Shown in pieces: positions 19,503 to 28,725 of a stretch of 64,000 bases of DNA. The stretch's first letter is position 1. The number at the start of each line of letters is the position of its first letter. The stretch lies in contig JAFQAP010000027.1 of assembly GCA_017399965.1 (NCBI GenBank), positions 64,632-128,631 on the forward strand, given 5' to 3'. Below the pieces are notes generated by a model, which saw only the letters and a program-made list of their open reading frames with translations, had not been told where the DNA came from and searched no databases. The DNA comes from Clostridia bacterium. GTDB taxonomy: Bacteria; Bacillota; Clostridia; Oscillospirales; CAG-382. A program made the position numbers and the translations under genes.

Positions 19503-20018
19503 TTAAATTTCAAAATCCCGACGTAAATGCTTAATAATCAAATCGTTATTCCACAAACTAACAAGACTCTCATTCCCTGAATCAGGGTCGGCAATATTAA
19601 AGCACACTTTCTTTTGTTTATTTGCATAATTATAGGCAGTAGCCGCGCCGCCGAAAGGGTACTTCACGTAACCGATAACAATATCCGATTTATCTACCAT
19701 CCATTTGTTTCTGCGCGGAATTGCTACCGCTTTGGGCAGATACTCAAACCCTTCCGGATAGGTGAGTATCAAAGAATTCACATCTTTAAAGCGATGTGTA
19801 TTACGAGGCATATATGCAGTAACAACTTGATAGGAGATTTGACGATACTTTTTTTGAAGTCCTGTCATTGCTAAAAATGCCGCACGATCAAATTTACCGT
19901 TATCTCCTATGTAAAAAGTATCCACGGAAAATTTTTCAATAAGAAGTTCAGATATTCTTAACACAAACCAGTAAATATCTTCCGTGCTGTCACGGTGCCC
20001 AAAAAACGAACAAATCAT
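19503..20018 (-). CDS. DUF1273 / SLOG-fold (YoqJ-like) protein
   Basis: MICSFFGHRD... start with GGAGGG RBS. FYIGDNGKFD and GGAATAYNYA are typical of the DUF1273 Rossmann-like family. The 195-aa ORF extension was rejected. Confidence 0.7.
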   Translation of the reverse strand: MICSFFGHRDSTEDIYWFVLRISELLIEKFSVDTFYIGDNGKFDRAAFLAMTGLQKKYRQISYQVVTAYMPRNTHRFKDVNSLILTYPEGFEYLPKAVAIPRRNKWMVDKSDIVIGYVKYPFGGAATAYNYANKQKKVCFNIADPDSGNESLVSLWNNDLIIKHLRRDFEI

Positions 20019-20071
20019 TAATAAATCCCTCCATTTGCCAAAATCAATTACATTATACCACACTTTTTTAA

Positions 20072-20107
20072 AATTTGCGATATATCGCACACGATTTATC
20101 GCAAATT
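20072..20107. promoter_or_regulatory. Operator-like palindromes in a divergent promoter region
   Basis: Perfect 14-bp palindrome TGCGATATATCGCA (20076-20089). AATTTGCGATA (20072-20082) is the reverse complement of TATCGCAAATT (20097-20107). The site lies between the divergent DUF1273 and XRE genes. Confidence 0.55.
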
Positions 20108-20148
20108 CGGGTAATATTAATTATATATTTAGGCAAGGAGGTTGCGCA

Positions 20149-20391
20149 GTGAACACTAAAGAAGCGGTAGCAAAGCGCATATTACAGCTTTGCGAACAGC
20201 GCAAAATAGCAGTAAACGCACTTGCCAACATTTCCGGTGTTGCTCCTTCCACCGTATACAGCATGCTTAACGATAAAAGCAACAATCCCGGTATCGTTTC
20301 ACTTAAAAAGCTTTGTGACGGATTGAATATCTCTTTACGCGAGTTTTTCGATTCCGATATTTTCGATAATATAGAACAGGAAATAGTATAA
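20149..20391 (+). CDS. XRE-family helix-turn-helix transcriptional regulator
   Basis: GTG 20149 after AAGGAGG. IAVNALANISGVAPSTVYSMLND is a classic Cro/CI-type HTH. 80 aa. Confidence 0.8.
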   Translation: MNTKEAVAKRILQLCEQRKIAVNALANISGVAPSTVYSMLNDKSNNPGIVSLKKLCDGLNISLREFFDSDIFDNIEQEIV

Positions 20392-20400
20392 TTTCGAATA

Positions 20401-20433
20401 AAAAATCTGCAGTCGTTTTGACTGCAGATTTTT
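20401..20433. terminator. Bidirectional terminator hairpin (copy 2 of a hairpin pair)
   Basis: AAAAATCTGCAGTC-gtttt-GACTGCAGATTTTT lies between the convergent stops at 20391 (+) and 20455 (-). 28 of 31 nt match the reverse complement of the 19421-19451 hairpin. Confidence 0.8.
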
Positions 20434-20454
20434 GTTGTTTATTGAAAAAATTTA

Positions 20455-21441
20455 CTATGCCATTCGTGCCAATTGTTCCTTGGTTACCTCGCACATCATA
20501 GGTTCGCCTTTAAGGAAGCGTTCTATCTCTTCGCAGCAATGCTTGCCGATCTTTTTAAGTCCGTTTGCGGCAAGACCTGCAAGGTGAGGTGTCATTATTA
20601 CATTGGGGAGAGAGCGGAGGGGATGATCGGGAGCGGGAGGTTCGGGGTCGAATACGTCAAGACAAGCATACTTAAGGTTGCCCGCCTTCATATGCTCATA
20701 AAGCGCCGCTTCGTCTATAATACTGCCGCGGGCGGTGTTTATGAGTACAGCGTCCTTTTTCATCATTGCAAGAGTCTGTGCGTTAAACATCTTGTCCGTT
20801 TCGGGAATGGAGGGAGCGTGAATGGAGATAATATCGGATTCCTTTAAAACCTCTTCCAGAGATGCCTTTTTACAGCCCATTTTTTCGCACTGTTCTTCTG
20901 TTACAAAGGGATCGTAAAGAATTATATCCACGTCAAAAGCCTGCATAAGCTCTATGTAATGTCTGCCTGCCCAGCCGCCGCCGATAACGCCCACGGTAAG
21001 CTCGTACAGTTCGCGGATATTTTCTTTTCCCTCTGCCCACAAGCCATTATGCAGGTTTTCGTTAAGAGCAAAGAAATTTTTGGAAGCGGCAATGGTAAAG
21101 CCCAAAGCGGTTTCCGAAACGCCCATGGAAAGCATAGCGGCAGATGCGGTAACACGCACGCCCTTGTTCCAGAGGTCGTCGCATACGATAGGCTTTACGC
21201 TTCCTGCGGCGTGGCACACCAATTTAAGATCGGGACAAACGGAGAGAATATCTGCATCCAGCTCGGTATTACCCCAAGTAGTGATGGCGATAGTCGCGCC
21301 GGCAAGTGCTTTTTTAACCGATTCTCTGTCGCTACCCGTGCCCAAAACTACCTCGCCGATCTGCTCCATACGCTTGACAGAGCGGGGGCTGATAACAAGA
21401 TCCCTTGCGGAATCGCCCATAATAAGTGCTATTTTTTCCAT
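20455..21441 (-). CDS. D-isomer-specific 2-hydroxyacid dehydrogenase family protein
   Basis: NAD fold VGVIGGGWAGRH, NTARG, and HLAG with the catalytic His context. 328 aa. Confidence 0.85.
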   Translation of the reverse strand: MEKIALIMGDSARDLVISPRSVKRMEQIGEVVLGTGSDRESVKKALAGATIAITTWGNTELDADILSVCPDLKLVCHAAGSVKPIVCDDLWNKGVRVTASAAMLSMGVSETALGFTIAASKNFFALNENLHNGLWAEGKENIRELYELTVGVIGGGWAGRHYIELMQAFDVDIILYDPFVTEEQCEKMGCKKASLEEVLKESDIISIHAPSIPETDKMFNAQTLAMMKKDAVLINTARGSIIDEAALYEHMKAGNLKYACLDVFDPEPPAPDHPLRSLPNVIMTPHLAGLAANGLKKIGKHCCEEIERFLKGEPMMCEVTKEQLARMA

Positions 21442-21445
21442 AGTT

Positions 21446-22741
21446 TTATTCCTTTCCGAAATATTTATAATAGCCGTTTTCTCCCGTTAACAGAGAGAAG
21501 CCTGCAAAAAATTCGTTGTTAAGCTCAAATGCGCCGTTTTTCTCCTCCGCAAGCGGATATTCTGCAGGCAAAAGAGATTTCATTTTGTTCCAGCGGGTAT
21601 AATTTGCGTCCCCGTTCACCTCAATACAGCCTACGTTCATAGAATTCAAGGCGGGAGAAAGAGATGCAAAATGCTTGTTCCATTCTGCAAGGAACGGGTT
21701 TACCGTAAGGTCTGCGCACAGCACGCCGCAGCCCTTTTCACGGGCGGCGGTTATCATACCGAAGGATACGGACACGGTTTTTGCAATAGGCTTTAACGCC
21801 ACCGCTTTGTAGCCCAGCTCTATACGCTTTTTAACGTCCTCTACCGAGTGGGCGGATTCGTCCGCATTGAACACGTAGGGGTAATTGCCTACGAAAAACT
21901 CCTTTTCTGCGGAAAAAGGCTCTTCGATAAGGGCGATACGGTCGGACGCGCCCATCTTTTCTATTCCCTCAAGCAGCTGTTCAAGGCGCAGGGCGGTATC
22001 GTATCTTCCGTTTGCATCCAGATAATACATTATCTTTCCGTTTTTGGTAAGAGGGGTGGAAATATCCTTAACAAGACTATGTATGGCAGATATACGCTCT
22101 GTGTCTTTTTTCGCCATTATCCGCATATCCTCTTCCGAACCCGCTTTTTCTCCCGAAGGTGCGCCTATTTTTATCTTCATAAGGGCGGTGCCCGTATCAG
22201 CCAGCCGCTTTACCTCGGCGAGGGATACGCCGTAGGAGACCAGCGGTATGCGGGCAAGACTTTGGTGGCAGGCGTTCATAGCGGTTTTTGCTGTTTGAGG
22301 AACCATATCCTCAAACCGTTTTACACCATGCTTTTGGCACCACACCGACCACAAGGCGATATCCACACCTACCAGGGAATTTAATAAAAAGGTTTCCGCC
22401 ACGTCAAAGCCCGTAAGGGAAAATGCGTATTTTTTAAGCTCGGGCAATATCTCCGAAATAACCTCTCCCGGTGTTTCAAAGGACATACCCTCTAACATTT
22501 CGCAGGCTTTTTTTGTGACGGAGAGCATTATCCCGTCCCCTTTTTCGCCGGGGAATGCGCTAAACACCTTTGGGTCGGACCAAAGGACGCTTTGTGTGCA
22601 GGGGGCAACGGCGGTGTATCCGTCGCACTCTGTTTTTACCACGCTTTGCCAAAGCTGCGTAAGGTATCCTCCTTTAAATCCAAAGGGAGAAAGCAGGTCT
22701 TCTTTTACGTGTGTAACACTACATTTTTGTATTTTCAGCAT
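21446..22741 (-). CDS. Enolase-superfamily enzyme (mandelate racemase / muconate-lactonizing-like)
   Basis: KIKIG (KxK general base), YLDANGRY, LIEEPF and ADES fit the metal-ligand D/E/D pattern of the MR/MLE subgroup. Substrate unknown. Confidence 0.65.
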   Translation of the reverse strand: MLKIQKCSVTHVKEDLLSPFGFKGGYLTQLWQSVVKTECDGYTAVAPCTQSVLWSDPKVFSAFPGEKGDGIMLSVTKKACEMLEGMSFETPGEVISEILPELKKYAFSLTGFDVAETFLLNSLVGVDIALWSVWCQKHGVKRFEDMVPQTAKTAMNACHQSLARIPLVSYGVSLAEVKRLADTGTALMKIKIGAPSGEKAGSEEDMRIMAKKDTERISAIHSLVKDISTPLTKNGKIMYYLDANGRYDTALRLEQLLEGIEKMGASDRIALIEEPFSAEKEFFVGNYPYVFNADESAHSVEDVKKRIELGYKAVALKPIAKTVSVSFGMITAAREKGCGVLCADLTVNPFLAEWNKHFASLSPALNSMNVGCIEVNGDANYTRWNKMKSLLPAEYPLAEEKNGAFELNNEFFAGFSLLTGENGYYKYFGKE

Positions 22742-23195
22742 ATAATTTCTCCGTCAGTTCCCAAGCGGGACAAAGGGATGATATATCCTCGCCCAAAGCT
22801 AATTTCTCTCTTACCAATGTGGAGCTTATAAATTCAAACTCTTCCTTTGCGGGGAGCATTACCGTTACGGCATCGCAACGGGCGGAATTAAACTGCGCCA
22901 TTTTTTCCTCATACTCCATATCCCCTCTGCGCACACCTTTTACAATGTGAGTATACCCCTGCTTAACGCAAAGCTCATACAGCATCCCATCCCATATAAT
23001 AACGGGAATTCCCGCATCCTTAAGCGATTCTTCCAAAAGGGCTTTCTTTTGTTTGGGTGTAAAAAGATACTCTTTTTCGGGGTTAAAAAGTATGCCCACA
23101 GTTACGTCCCCGTAAAGCTTTTTTGCGCGGAGAATAATATCTATATGCCCTTTTGTTACGGGGTCATAGCTTCCCGGTAATATTGCTTTTGCCAT
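22719..23195 (-). CDS. coaD: Pantetheine-phosphate adenylyltransferase
   Basis: PGSYDPVTKGHIDI (T/HxGH nucleotidyltransferase motif). 158 aa. Confidence 0.9.
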   Translation of the reverse strand: MAKAILPGSYDPVTKGHIDIILRAKKLYGDVTVGILFNPEKEYLFTPKQKKALLEESLKDAGIPVIIWDGMLYELCVKQGYTHIVKGVRRGDMEYEEKMAQFNSARCDAVTVMLPAKEEFEFISSTLVREKLALGEDISSLCPAWELTEKLYAENTKM

Positions 23196-23196
23196 T

Positions 23197-23739
23197 TTAA
23201 CCTCTTCTCATTACCGTAACGGCGGTAGAGCCGTAGCGGTAGCCTTTGCATTCCCATCCGTCGGGAGGGACAGGCACTCCGTCAGCGGCGGATTCGGCGA
23301 TAATAATGCAATCATCCTCCAGAATATCCGTCTGGAACATACGCTTTAAAACCTCGTCGATAAATCCTTCTTTATAAGGAGGGTCAAGAAAAACCAGAGA
23401 AAATCTTTGTTTTCCGTCTGCCATACGAAGATAATCCTTCCAGTCTGCGGTAACGATACGGCAATCCGGTAAAAGCTTTGTTTTTGCGGCGTTGTTGCGT
23501 ATAACCTCGGTAGCGGCACGGGAATTATCCACAATAACTGCGCTCTGCGCTCCTCTTGAAAGCGCCTCCAATGCCATTTGTCCGCTTCCGCCGAAAAGAT
23601 CCAGCACGGTTCTGTCGCCTATATCAAACTGAATTGCGGAAAAGATCGCTTCTTTTACCTTTTCCGAGGTGGGACGGGTAGCTTCGCCCGCAAGGGTGGT
23701 AAGACGGGCGCCTCTGGCTTTTCCGGTTATAATTCTCAT
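23197..23739 (-). CDS. rsmD: 16S rRNA (guanine966-N2)-methyltransferase
   Basis: RPTSEKVKEAIF, LDLFGGSGQMALEALSRGA, and the FLDPPY motif. Confidence 0.9.
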   Translation of the reverse strand: MRIITGKARGARLTTLAGEATRPTSEKVKEAIFSAIQFDIGDRTVLDLFGGSGQMALEALSRGAQSAVIVDNSRAATEVIRNNAAKTKLLPDCRIVTADWKDYLRMADGKQRFSLVFLDPPYKEGFIDEVLKRMFQTDILEDDCIIIAESAADGVPVPPDGWECKGYRYGSTAVTVMRRG

Positions 23740-23741
23740 TT

Positions 23742-25541
23742 TTATTCTCCTTCAAAATAGCTTATAATACTTTCTGCGGTCTTTTCGCTTAATCCTTTTA
23801 CCTTCAACAGATCTTCCTTTGTTGCCTGCTTTACGGCTTTAAAGGAGCCGAAGTGCCCCAAAATTGCGGCGGCGGTCTTTTCTCCCACACCTTTTACGGC
23901 GGTGAGCGAGCTGGAGCTTACGGATTTACGTCGCTTTTTATCCATTCTGTCAAGAGAAAATCTGTGGACCTCCTCTTGTATGCGGTAAATGAACACAAAA
24001 AGATCCTGTCTTGCGGTAAGACCTATTTCGTTTTCCCCGTCGGTAAGTGAACGGGTCTTGTGGTGCTCGTCCTTTATCATACCGAACACGGGTATGTGGG
24101 AAAGCCCTTTTTCTTTCAGCACTTTTTTTGCCACAGCCACATGCTGTACGCCGCCGTCCATAAGAAGCAGGTCGGGTGCATCCCATTCGCTGTGGGAAAA
24201 CCTGCGGGAAAGGGCTTCTTCCGTTGCGCCGTAATCATTTTGCGCGAATTCTTTTATATTAAAGGTGCGGTAATGCTTTTTTACAAATCTGCCGTTTATA
24301 AGCACGGTCATTCCCGCGGTGGTATATTCTTCTCCCGAATTGGAAATATCGAAAGCCTCTATACGCTCGGGCACGGTCTCAAGTCTGAGGAAGGATGCAA
24401 GATTTGTGAGCACAGCCACGTCTTTTTCCTCCGCTTTGCGCTTGTGCAAAAGTAATTCCTTTGCGTTGGTCTGCGCCATTTCCGCAAGAGTCTTTTTATC
24501 TCCCCTGCGGGCTATCTTTAAAGAAACCTTAAGGGATGAAAACTCTTTTGCCCATTCTTCAAAAAGTTGTATATCCGTTTCTTCAAGCTCAAAAACGGTG
24601 TAAATATCTTTGGGAATATATCCGCGGAGGGTATACAGCCGCTGAAGCAGAGAAACAACGGCAGAAGAATCCACAATCTCGTCCGCACCGAAGAAAAGAC
24701 ACTCTCTGTCCGCAATAGCGCCGCGGCGCACAAAGAAAAGATTAACGGCGGAGCCCAGATCATCACGGTATACGCCGATAAAATCCCCCTCGAAATCCGG
24801 CGCGCCCACGATATGCTGTTTATCCCCAAGCCGCTTTACGGCGTTAATGCGGTCACGGTATTTTGCGGCGCGCTCGTAATACATATCCTCTGCCGCCGCG
24901 TTCATTTTTTCTGTAAGAGATTTTATTAAAAAAGTATATTCGCCGTTTAAAAAGCGGGAAAGTTCAGAAAAAATTTCTTTATATTCCCCTGAGCTTACAT
25001 TCCCCGAGCAGGGAGCGACGCACAGCCCTATCTGTGCGTTGAGGCAGGGGCGCTGTTTGCCGATATCCTTTGGGAAAACGCGGTTGCAGGTGGGTATGCC
25101 AAAGGTGCGCCGCGCCGTTTCGGCAATATTCCGTGCGACAACGTAGGAGGAAAAGGGACCGAAATAACGGGCTTTATCGTCCTCCCGTTTATACACGGTT
25201 ACAAGACGGGGGTACTCTTCGTCTGTTATTTTAAGATAAGGATAGCCGGAGGAATCCTTAAGCTTGATATTATATCTGGGCATATACTGCTTTATAAAAG
25301 AATTTTCAAGCAGCAACGCTTCCAATTCCGTATCGGTATGGTAGACCTCAAAATCGTGAACGGACGCCACCATACGGGCAGTCTTTCCCGTATGAGTCTG
25401 GGCAAAATAGGAGCTTACACGGTTGCAAAGCGCCTTGGATTTACCGACATAGATCACCTTGCCGGATTGAGAATGCATTATATACACGCCGGGAGTCGGA
25501 GGAAGCAGACGCGCTTTTTCCAGTAATTGCTCTTTTGTCAT
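23742..25541 (-). CDS. uvrC: Excinuclease ABC subunit C
   Basis: GIY-YIG N-terminus (PGVYIMHSQSGKVIYVGKSKAL...YF), UVR domain, endonuclease V-like domain and C-terminal (HhH)2. Start at ATG 25541. Confidence 0.95.
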   Translation of the reverse strand: MTKEQLLEKARLLPPTPGVYIMHSQSGKVIYVGKSKALCNRVSSYFAQTHTGKTARMVASVHDFEVYHTDTELEALLLENSFIKQYMPRYNIKLKDSSGYPYLKITDEEYPRLVTVYKREDDKARYFGPFSSYVVARNIAETARRTFGIPTCNRVFPKDIGKQRPCLNAQIGLCVAPCSGNVSSGEYKEIFSELSRFLNGEYTFLIKSLTEKMNAAAEDMYYERAAKYRDRINAVKRLGDKQHIVGAPDFEGDFIGVYRDDLGSAVNLFFVRRGAIADRECLFFGADEIVDSSAVVSLLQRLYTLRGYIPKDIYTVFELEETDIQLFEEWAKEFSSLKVSLKIARRGDKKTLAEMAQTNAKELLLHKRKAEEKDVAVLTNLASFLRLETVPERIEAFDISNSGEEYTTAGMTVLINGRFVKKHYRTFNIKEFAQNDYGATEEALSRRFSHSEWDAPDLLLMDGGVQHVAVAKKVLKEKGLSHIPVFGMIKDEHHKTRSLTDGENEIGLTARQDLFVFIYRIQEEVHRFSLDRMDKKRRKSVSSSSLTAVKGVGEKTAAAILGHFGSFKAVKQATKEDLLKVKGLSEKTAESIISYFEGE

Positions 25542-25559
25542 AAGAGGAGTCCTTTTTAT

Positions 25560-25595
25560 ATAAAAAACAAACGGGAGGGGCAAACCCCCTCCCCC
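25560..25595 (-). terminator. Intrinsic terminator downstream of the HPr gene
   Basis: On the minus strand, GGGAGGGG-tttg-CCCCTCCC is followed by GTTTGTTTTTT. Confidence 0.75.
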
Positions 25596-25627
25596 TGAAA
25601 GTTGAGATGACGATATTTACTTAAAGC

Positions 25628-25891
25628 TTAATCGGCAAAGCCGCTGAGTATCAAAGAGCAAAGTCCTTCGAGTGCCTCGTTTTCATCTATTCCGTCTGCG
25701 ATGAGTGTAACGGAATCTCCTTGACGGACGCCAAGGGAAAGAACACCCAGCAAGCTCTTTGCATTTGCACGGCGTGAGTTATTTTCTATCCACACGGAGC
25801 ATCTGTATGAGTTTGCTTTCTGTATAAAGAAAGTGGCAGGGCGCGCATGCAGTCCCACACTGTTAACCAATGTTATCTCCTTTGAAAGCAT
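25628..25891 (-). CDS. ptsH: HPr-family phosphocarrier protein
   Basis: 87 aa. GLHARPA (His-15 site) and KSLLGVLSLG (Ser-46 region). Confidence 0.9.
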   Translation of the reverse strand: MLSKEITLVNSVGLHARPATFFIQKANSYRCSVWIENNSRRANAKSLLGVLSLGVRQGDSVTLIADGIDENEALEGLCSLILSGFAD

Positions 25892-25974
25892 TTTATATTC
25901 CTCCGTAATAAACTAATATAATAACATATTATAATTGAAAACCGCTTGATTGTCAAGCATTATTTTATTCCCAT

Positions 25975-26487
25975 TTATTCGGAAATATTGTTTCCTTCCG
26001 TTTTGGAAGAATTCTCCGCTTGGGTGACGGATTTTACCGTGAGATCAAAAGCGACCAACGTTCCTTCTGCGGAAATAACGTCCCCTGCGGAGATAACCTT
26101 TCCGTTTTCAAGACAGAACACGCCGTCGCGGTAATAGCCCTCTACGGTGAGAACGCCGGAAATTACGCTTTTTTCCAATTCCACGTCCTCTTCATAGCTG
26201 CCGTCCTCCATCTGTACCCAAACGGGTGCCAGAATTTTTGAAAGCTTGTCTGCTTTACCGAGAGAAATATCCGTTCCTGCAATATAAATGTTATCTCCCT
26301 TTATAAAATAACTGTAAAAAAGCGTGGACATAGGCTCGCTTTCAAAAGCAATTTCCATTGTTACCGTTTCTTCTCCCGAAACAAGGCGGATAATATCCGT
26401 GCGGAAGAATGCGCCTGCGATTATGGCAACTATTAAAACTATTATTACTATATCCAATACGTTGAATTTTTTAAGCTTATTTTTCAT
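25975..26487 (-). CDS. DUF4330-like membrane-anchored protein
   Basis: N-terminal KFNVLDIVIIVLIVAIIAGAFF TM helix plus a beta-rich ectodomain. Paralog of the upstream gene. Confidence 0.55.
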   Translation of the reverse strand: MKNKLKKFNVLDIVIIVLIVAIIAGAFFRTDIIRLVSGEETVTMEIAFESEPMSTLFYSYFIKGDNIYIAGTDISLGKADKLSKILAPVWVQMEDGSYEEDVELEKSVISGVLTVEGYYRDGVFCLENGKVISAGDVISAEGTLVAFDLTVKSVTQAENSSKTEGNNISE

Positions 26488-26968
26488 CAGACTTTACCTC
26501 CGTAACTCCGGAAAAATATCCTTCGGCGGAAAAGCCGTTAATATAAAACTCTATATCCCCGTTTACCTTTACGTTAACGCCGTTGACGGAATAACCTCTT
26601 GAATCGGAATCCGCGTCAATTTCCACTGTCATAACGATACGGCTGTGGTCGGGAACGTCTACCGTAACCAAAGGCCAGCGGTTGCCGCTGTCCACACGGG
26701 TGTCCGCATATACCTGGGTGGCCTTGGCGGTATAAGATTTCTTCACCACGCCGATATAGGTTCCGTCCGAAGTATAAAGTATGTCGCCTTCGTTTATATC
26801 GGCGATGATATCATCGGGAACGCAATCCGCCACCACGGTTACTTGTATTTTTTCTGTACTCCAGCCCGCTTGGGATACGGTTTTTACGCCCAGAAACACA
26901 AATATGGCAACAAACGCAACTATTATCAAAGCATCCAGAGCGTTAAAGGATTTTTTATTCCACTTCAT
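26477..26968 (-). CDS. DUF4330-like membrane-anchored protein
   Basis: N-terminal SFNALDALIIVAFVAIFVFLGV TM helix. Same architecture as 25975-26487. The genes overlap. Confidence 0.55.
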   Translation of the reverse strand: MKWNKKSFNALDALIIVAFVAIFVFLGVKTVSQAGWSTEKIQVTVVADCVPDDIIADINEGDILYTSDGTYIGVVKKSYTAKATQVYADTRVDSGNRWPLVTVDVPDHSRIVMTVEIDADSDSRGYSVNGVNVKVNGDIEFYINGFSAEGYFSGVTEVKSDEK

Positions 26969-28725
26969 ATTTCATCGCCTGCCTCTCTGTCATAAACTCT
27001 CGGTAATCCGCACATACAGCCGCAAACTGCCGAAAACAAAAGTATATTTTCCCACATATTCCATACTCCGCCGAAAATACTGCAGAGTAAAAGGGCACAA
27101 AGGGTTGCACAAGCCGCCGAAGCGGAATGCTTTAATTTGCCTCCCGTCTTGCCGGAAAAGGTAACAAGTCCTCTGCGCAAAAGCAACACTACCGTTACGA
27201 CAAACAGAATAAAGAGAAGTATTCCTCCACCTATTATCAGTGCCGAATACATATCGCCGTTCAAAGCGGAGCCGTAGCCTCCGCTTTTAAAAGCAAAGGT
27301 AAAGGCTTTATCTCCAAACCCCGCGCCGGAAAACAGATATTTCCACGCGATTTTTGCTGCGGGAGGGTAAACGGGAATTGAAGAAACCGTAGTTCCGTCT
27401 ATTATCTCCGTGCTGAACAGTACAAGCACTGCAGCGCAGGAGATAACGGCGCCGAAAATTATTCCCATACGCTTGCGGAAGGCAAACACAAAATATATTG
27501 TCGTAGTAATGATTACCGCAAGGTACATCCATTCTGAAAAGGTTAAAGCAGCCGCAACGTATATTGCCACGCAGGCAATGGTGCCGGAGGAAAACGCTCC
27601 TCTTGAAAAAGCGGTGGAAAGAGCCGCGGGAACGAGTATGGGCAAAAGAAATACATACTCGCTCTTTTGCGCCAGATAATCGCCGAATGCGCCGAGTTCG
27701 CCCTTGAACAAAAATGCAAATATACAGCACATGGCAAGCATCAAAGCCCCGCTGTTAACGGCGCTCATAAGGCGGCAAAGTTGTTCGCTGCTGCGCATAA
27801 GGTTGGCGCACAGTATATAGAGAACGGCTACCGTAAGTACGGTCAATCCGATATTTTCATAGCCAAAGGGTGTTATTTTACCCGAAATATAAGCGGAAAG
27901 AGCAAACAGCAAAGCAAAAATATCTGCCGCTGTAAAATAGAAATTGCGCTTTCCGATAAGCAGCTTGAACAGATAGCTTACACCCGCAGTCAACGCCGCA
28001 AAGGCGGAAATACGGATATCCGCAAAGGGTAAAAGGAACAGGGAGATATAAAGTCCCCCTTCGGGAGAGTAAATTATTACCGCAACGGCGGCTGCCGAAA
28101 GTAAAAACAAAAGGATATTTAAAGGGGATACAAAAAATCCCAAAACTCCCGCAATGGTACCGAAAAGCACTCCCCACGCCAGACGTTTTTTGGGAGGTCT
28201 TTTTTCCTCCAAGGCGTATCGGCTTACGGAAAACATTTCCTTTGCCACGTAAGAGGTTAAGATACCGTCGCTTATACAGGTAATGACACTGCGGCGCAAA
28301 GGCAAAAGCAAAAGCCCCGAAAAAGCGATAACCGCAGAATATATAAGAGAAAACACATCGTATTCATTGCCTGCGTACAGCTTTACAAAGAAAGCGGCGG
28401 CGGAATACAGACCCGTAAAAAACAAAAATACTCCGAAACTGCCTACGGAGGTATCAAGCAAGGCTCTGCAAAGAGACGCCGTTATAGACACCACCCGGCT
28501 CTGCTCTGCGTGTAATGCGCAAAATCTGCGCACGCGGGAAGCGCCGTGGGTGATTTTTTTATACAAAGATCCCAGCAGACTGCTTTCAAGAAGGGAATCT
28601 TCCTTTAATAAGGATTCACCCTCGCCTTGAGGCGTTAAGCCTTTGCCGGAAAAAAAGCGCGACCAAATACGGCTCCCACCTGTGAGCCGTGAGATATACG
28701 AGCCGATTTTGCCGCGTTTTAACAT
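26965..28725 (-). CDS. Polytopic membrane protein, O-antigen-ligase/polymerase-like
   Basis: 586 aa with >10 hydrophobic helices. Translationally coupled to trmD (7-nt overlap) and to the DUF4330 genes. Family assignment is tentative. Confidence 0.5.
   Translation of the reverse strand: MLKRGKIGSYISRLTGGSRIWSRFFSGKGLTPQGEGESLLKEDSLLESSLLGSLYKKITHGASRVRRFCALHAEQSRVVSITASLCRALLDTSVGSFGVFLFFTGLYSAAAFFVKLYAGNEYDVFSLIYSAVIAFSGLLLLPLRRSVITCISDGILTSYVAKEMFSVSRYALEEKRPPKKRLAWGVLFGTIAGVLGFFVSPLNILLFLLSAAAVAVIIYSPEGGLYISLFLLPFADIRISAFAALTAGVSYLFKLLIGKRNFYFTAADIFALLFALSAYISGKITPFGYENIGLTVLTVAVLYILCANLMRSSEQLCRLMSAVNSGALMLAMCCIFAFLFKGELGAFGDYLAQKSEYVFLLPILVPAALSTAFSRGAFSSGTIACVAIYVAAALTFSEWMYLAVIITTTIYFVFAFRKRMGIIFGAVISCAAVLVLFSTEIIDGTTVSSIPVYPPAAKIAWKYLFSGAGFGDKAFTFAFKSGGYGSALNGDMYSALIIGGGILLFILFVVTVVLLLRRGLVTFSGKTGGKLKHSASAACATLCALLLCSIFGGVWNMWENILLFSAVCGCMCGLPRVYDREAGDEI

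Noticed and set aside
20019-20090. 24-codon N-terminal extension of the DUF1273 ORF
   Set aside because: The internal ATG at 20018 has a GGAGGG RBS and gives the family-typical MICSFFGHRD start. The extension runs through the operator palindromes.
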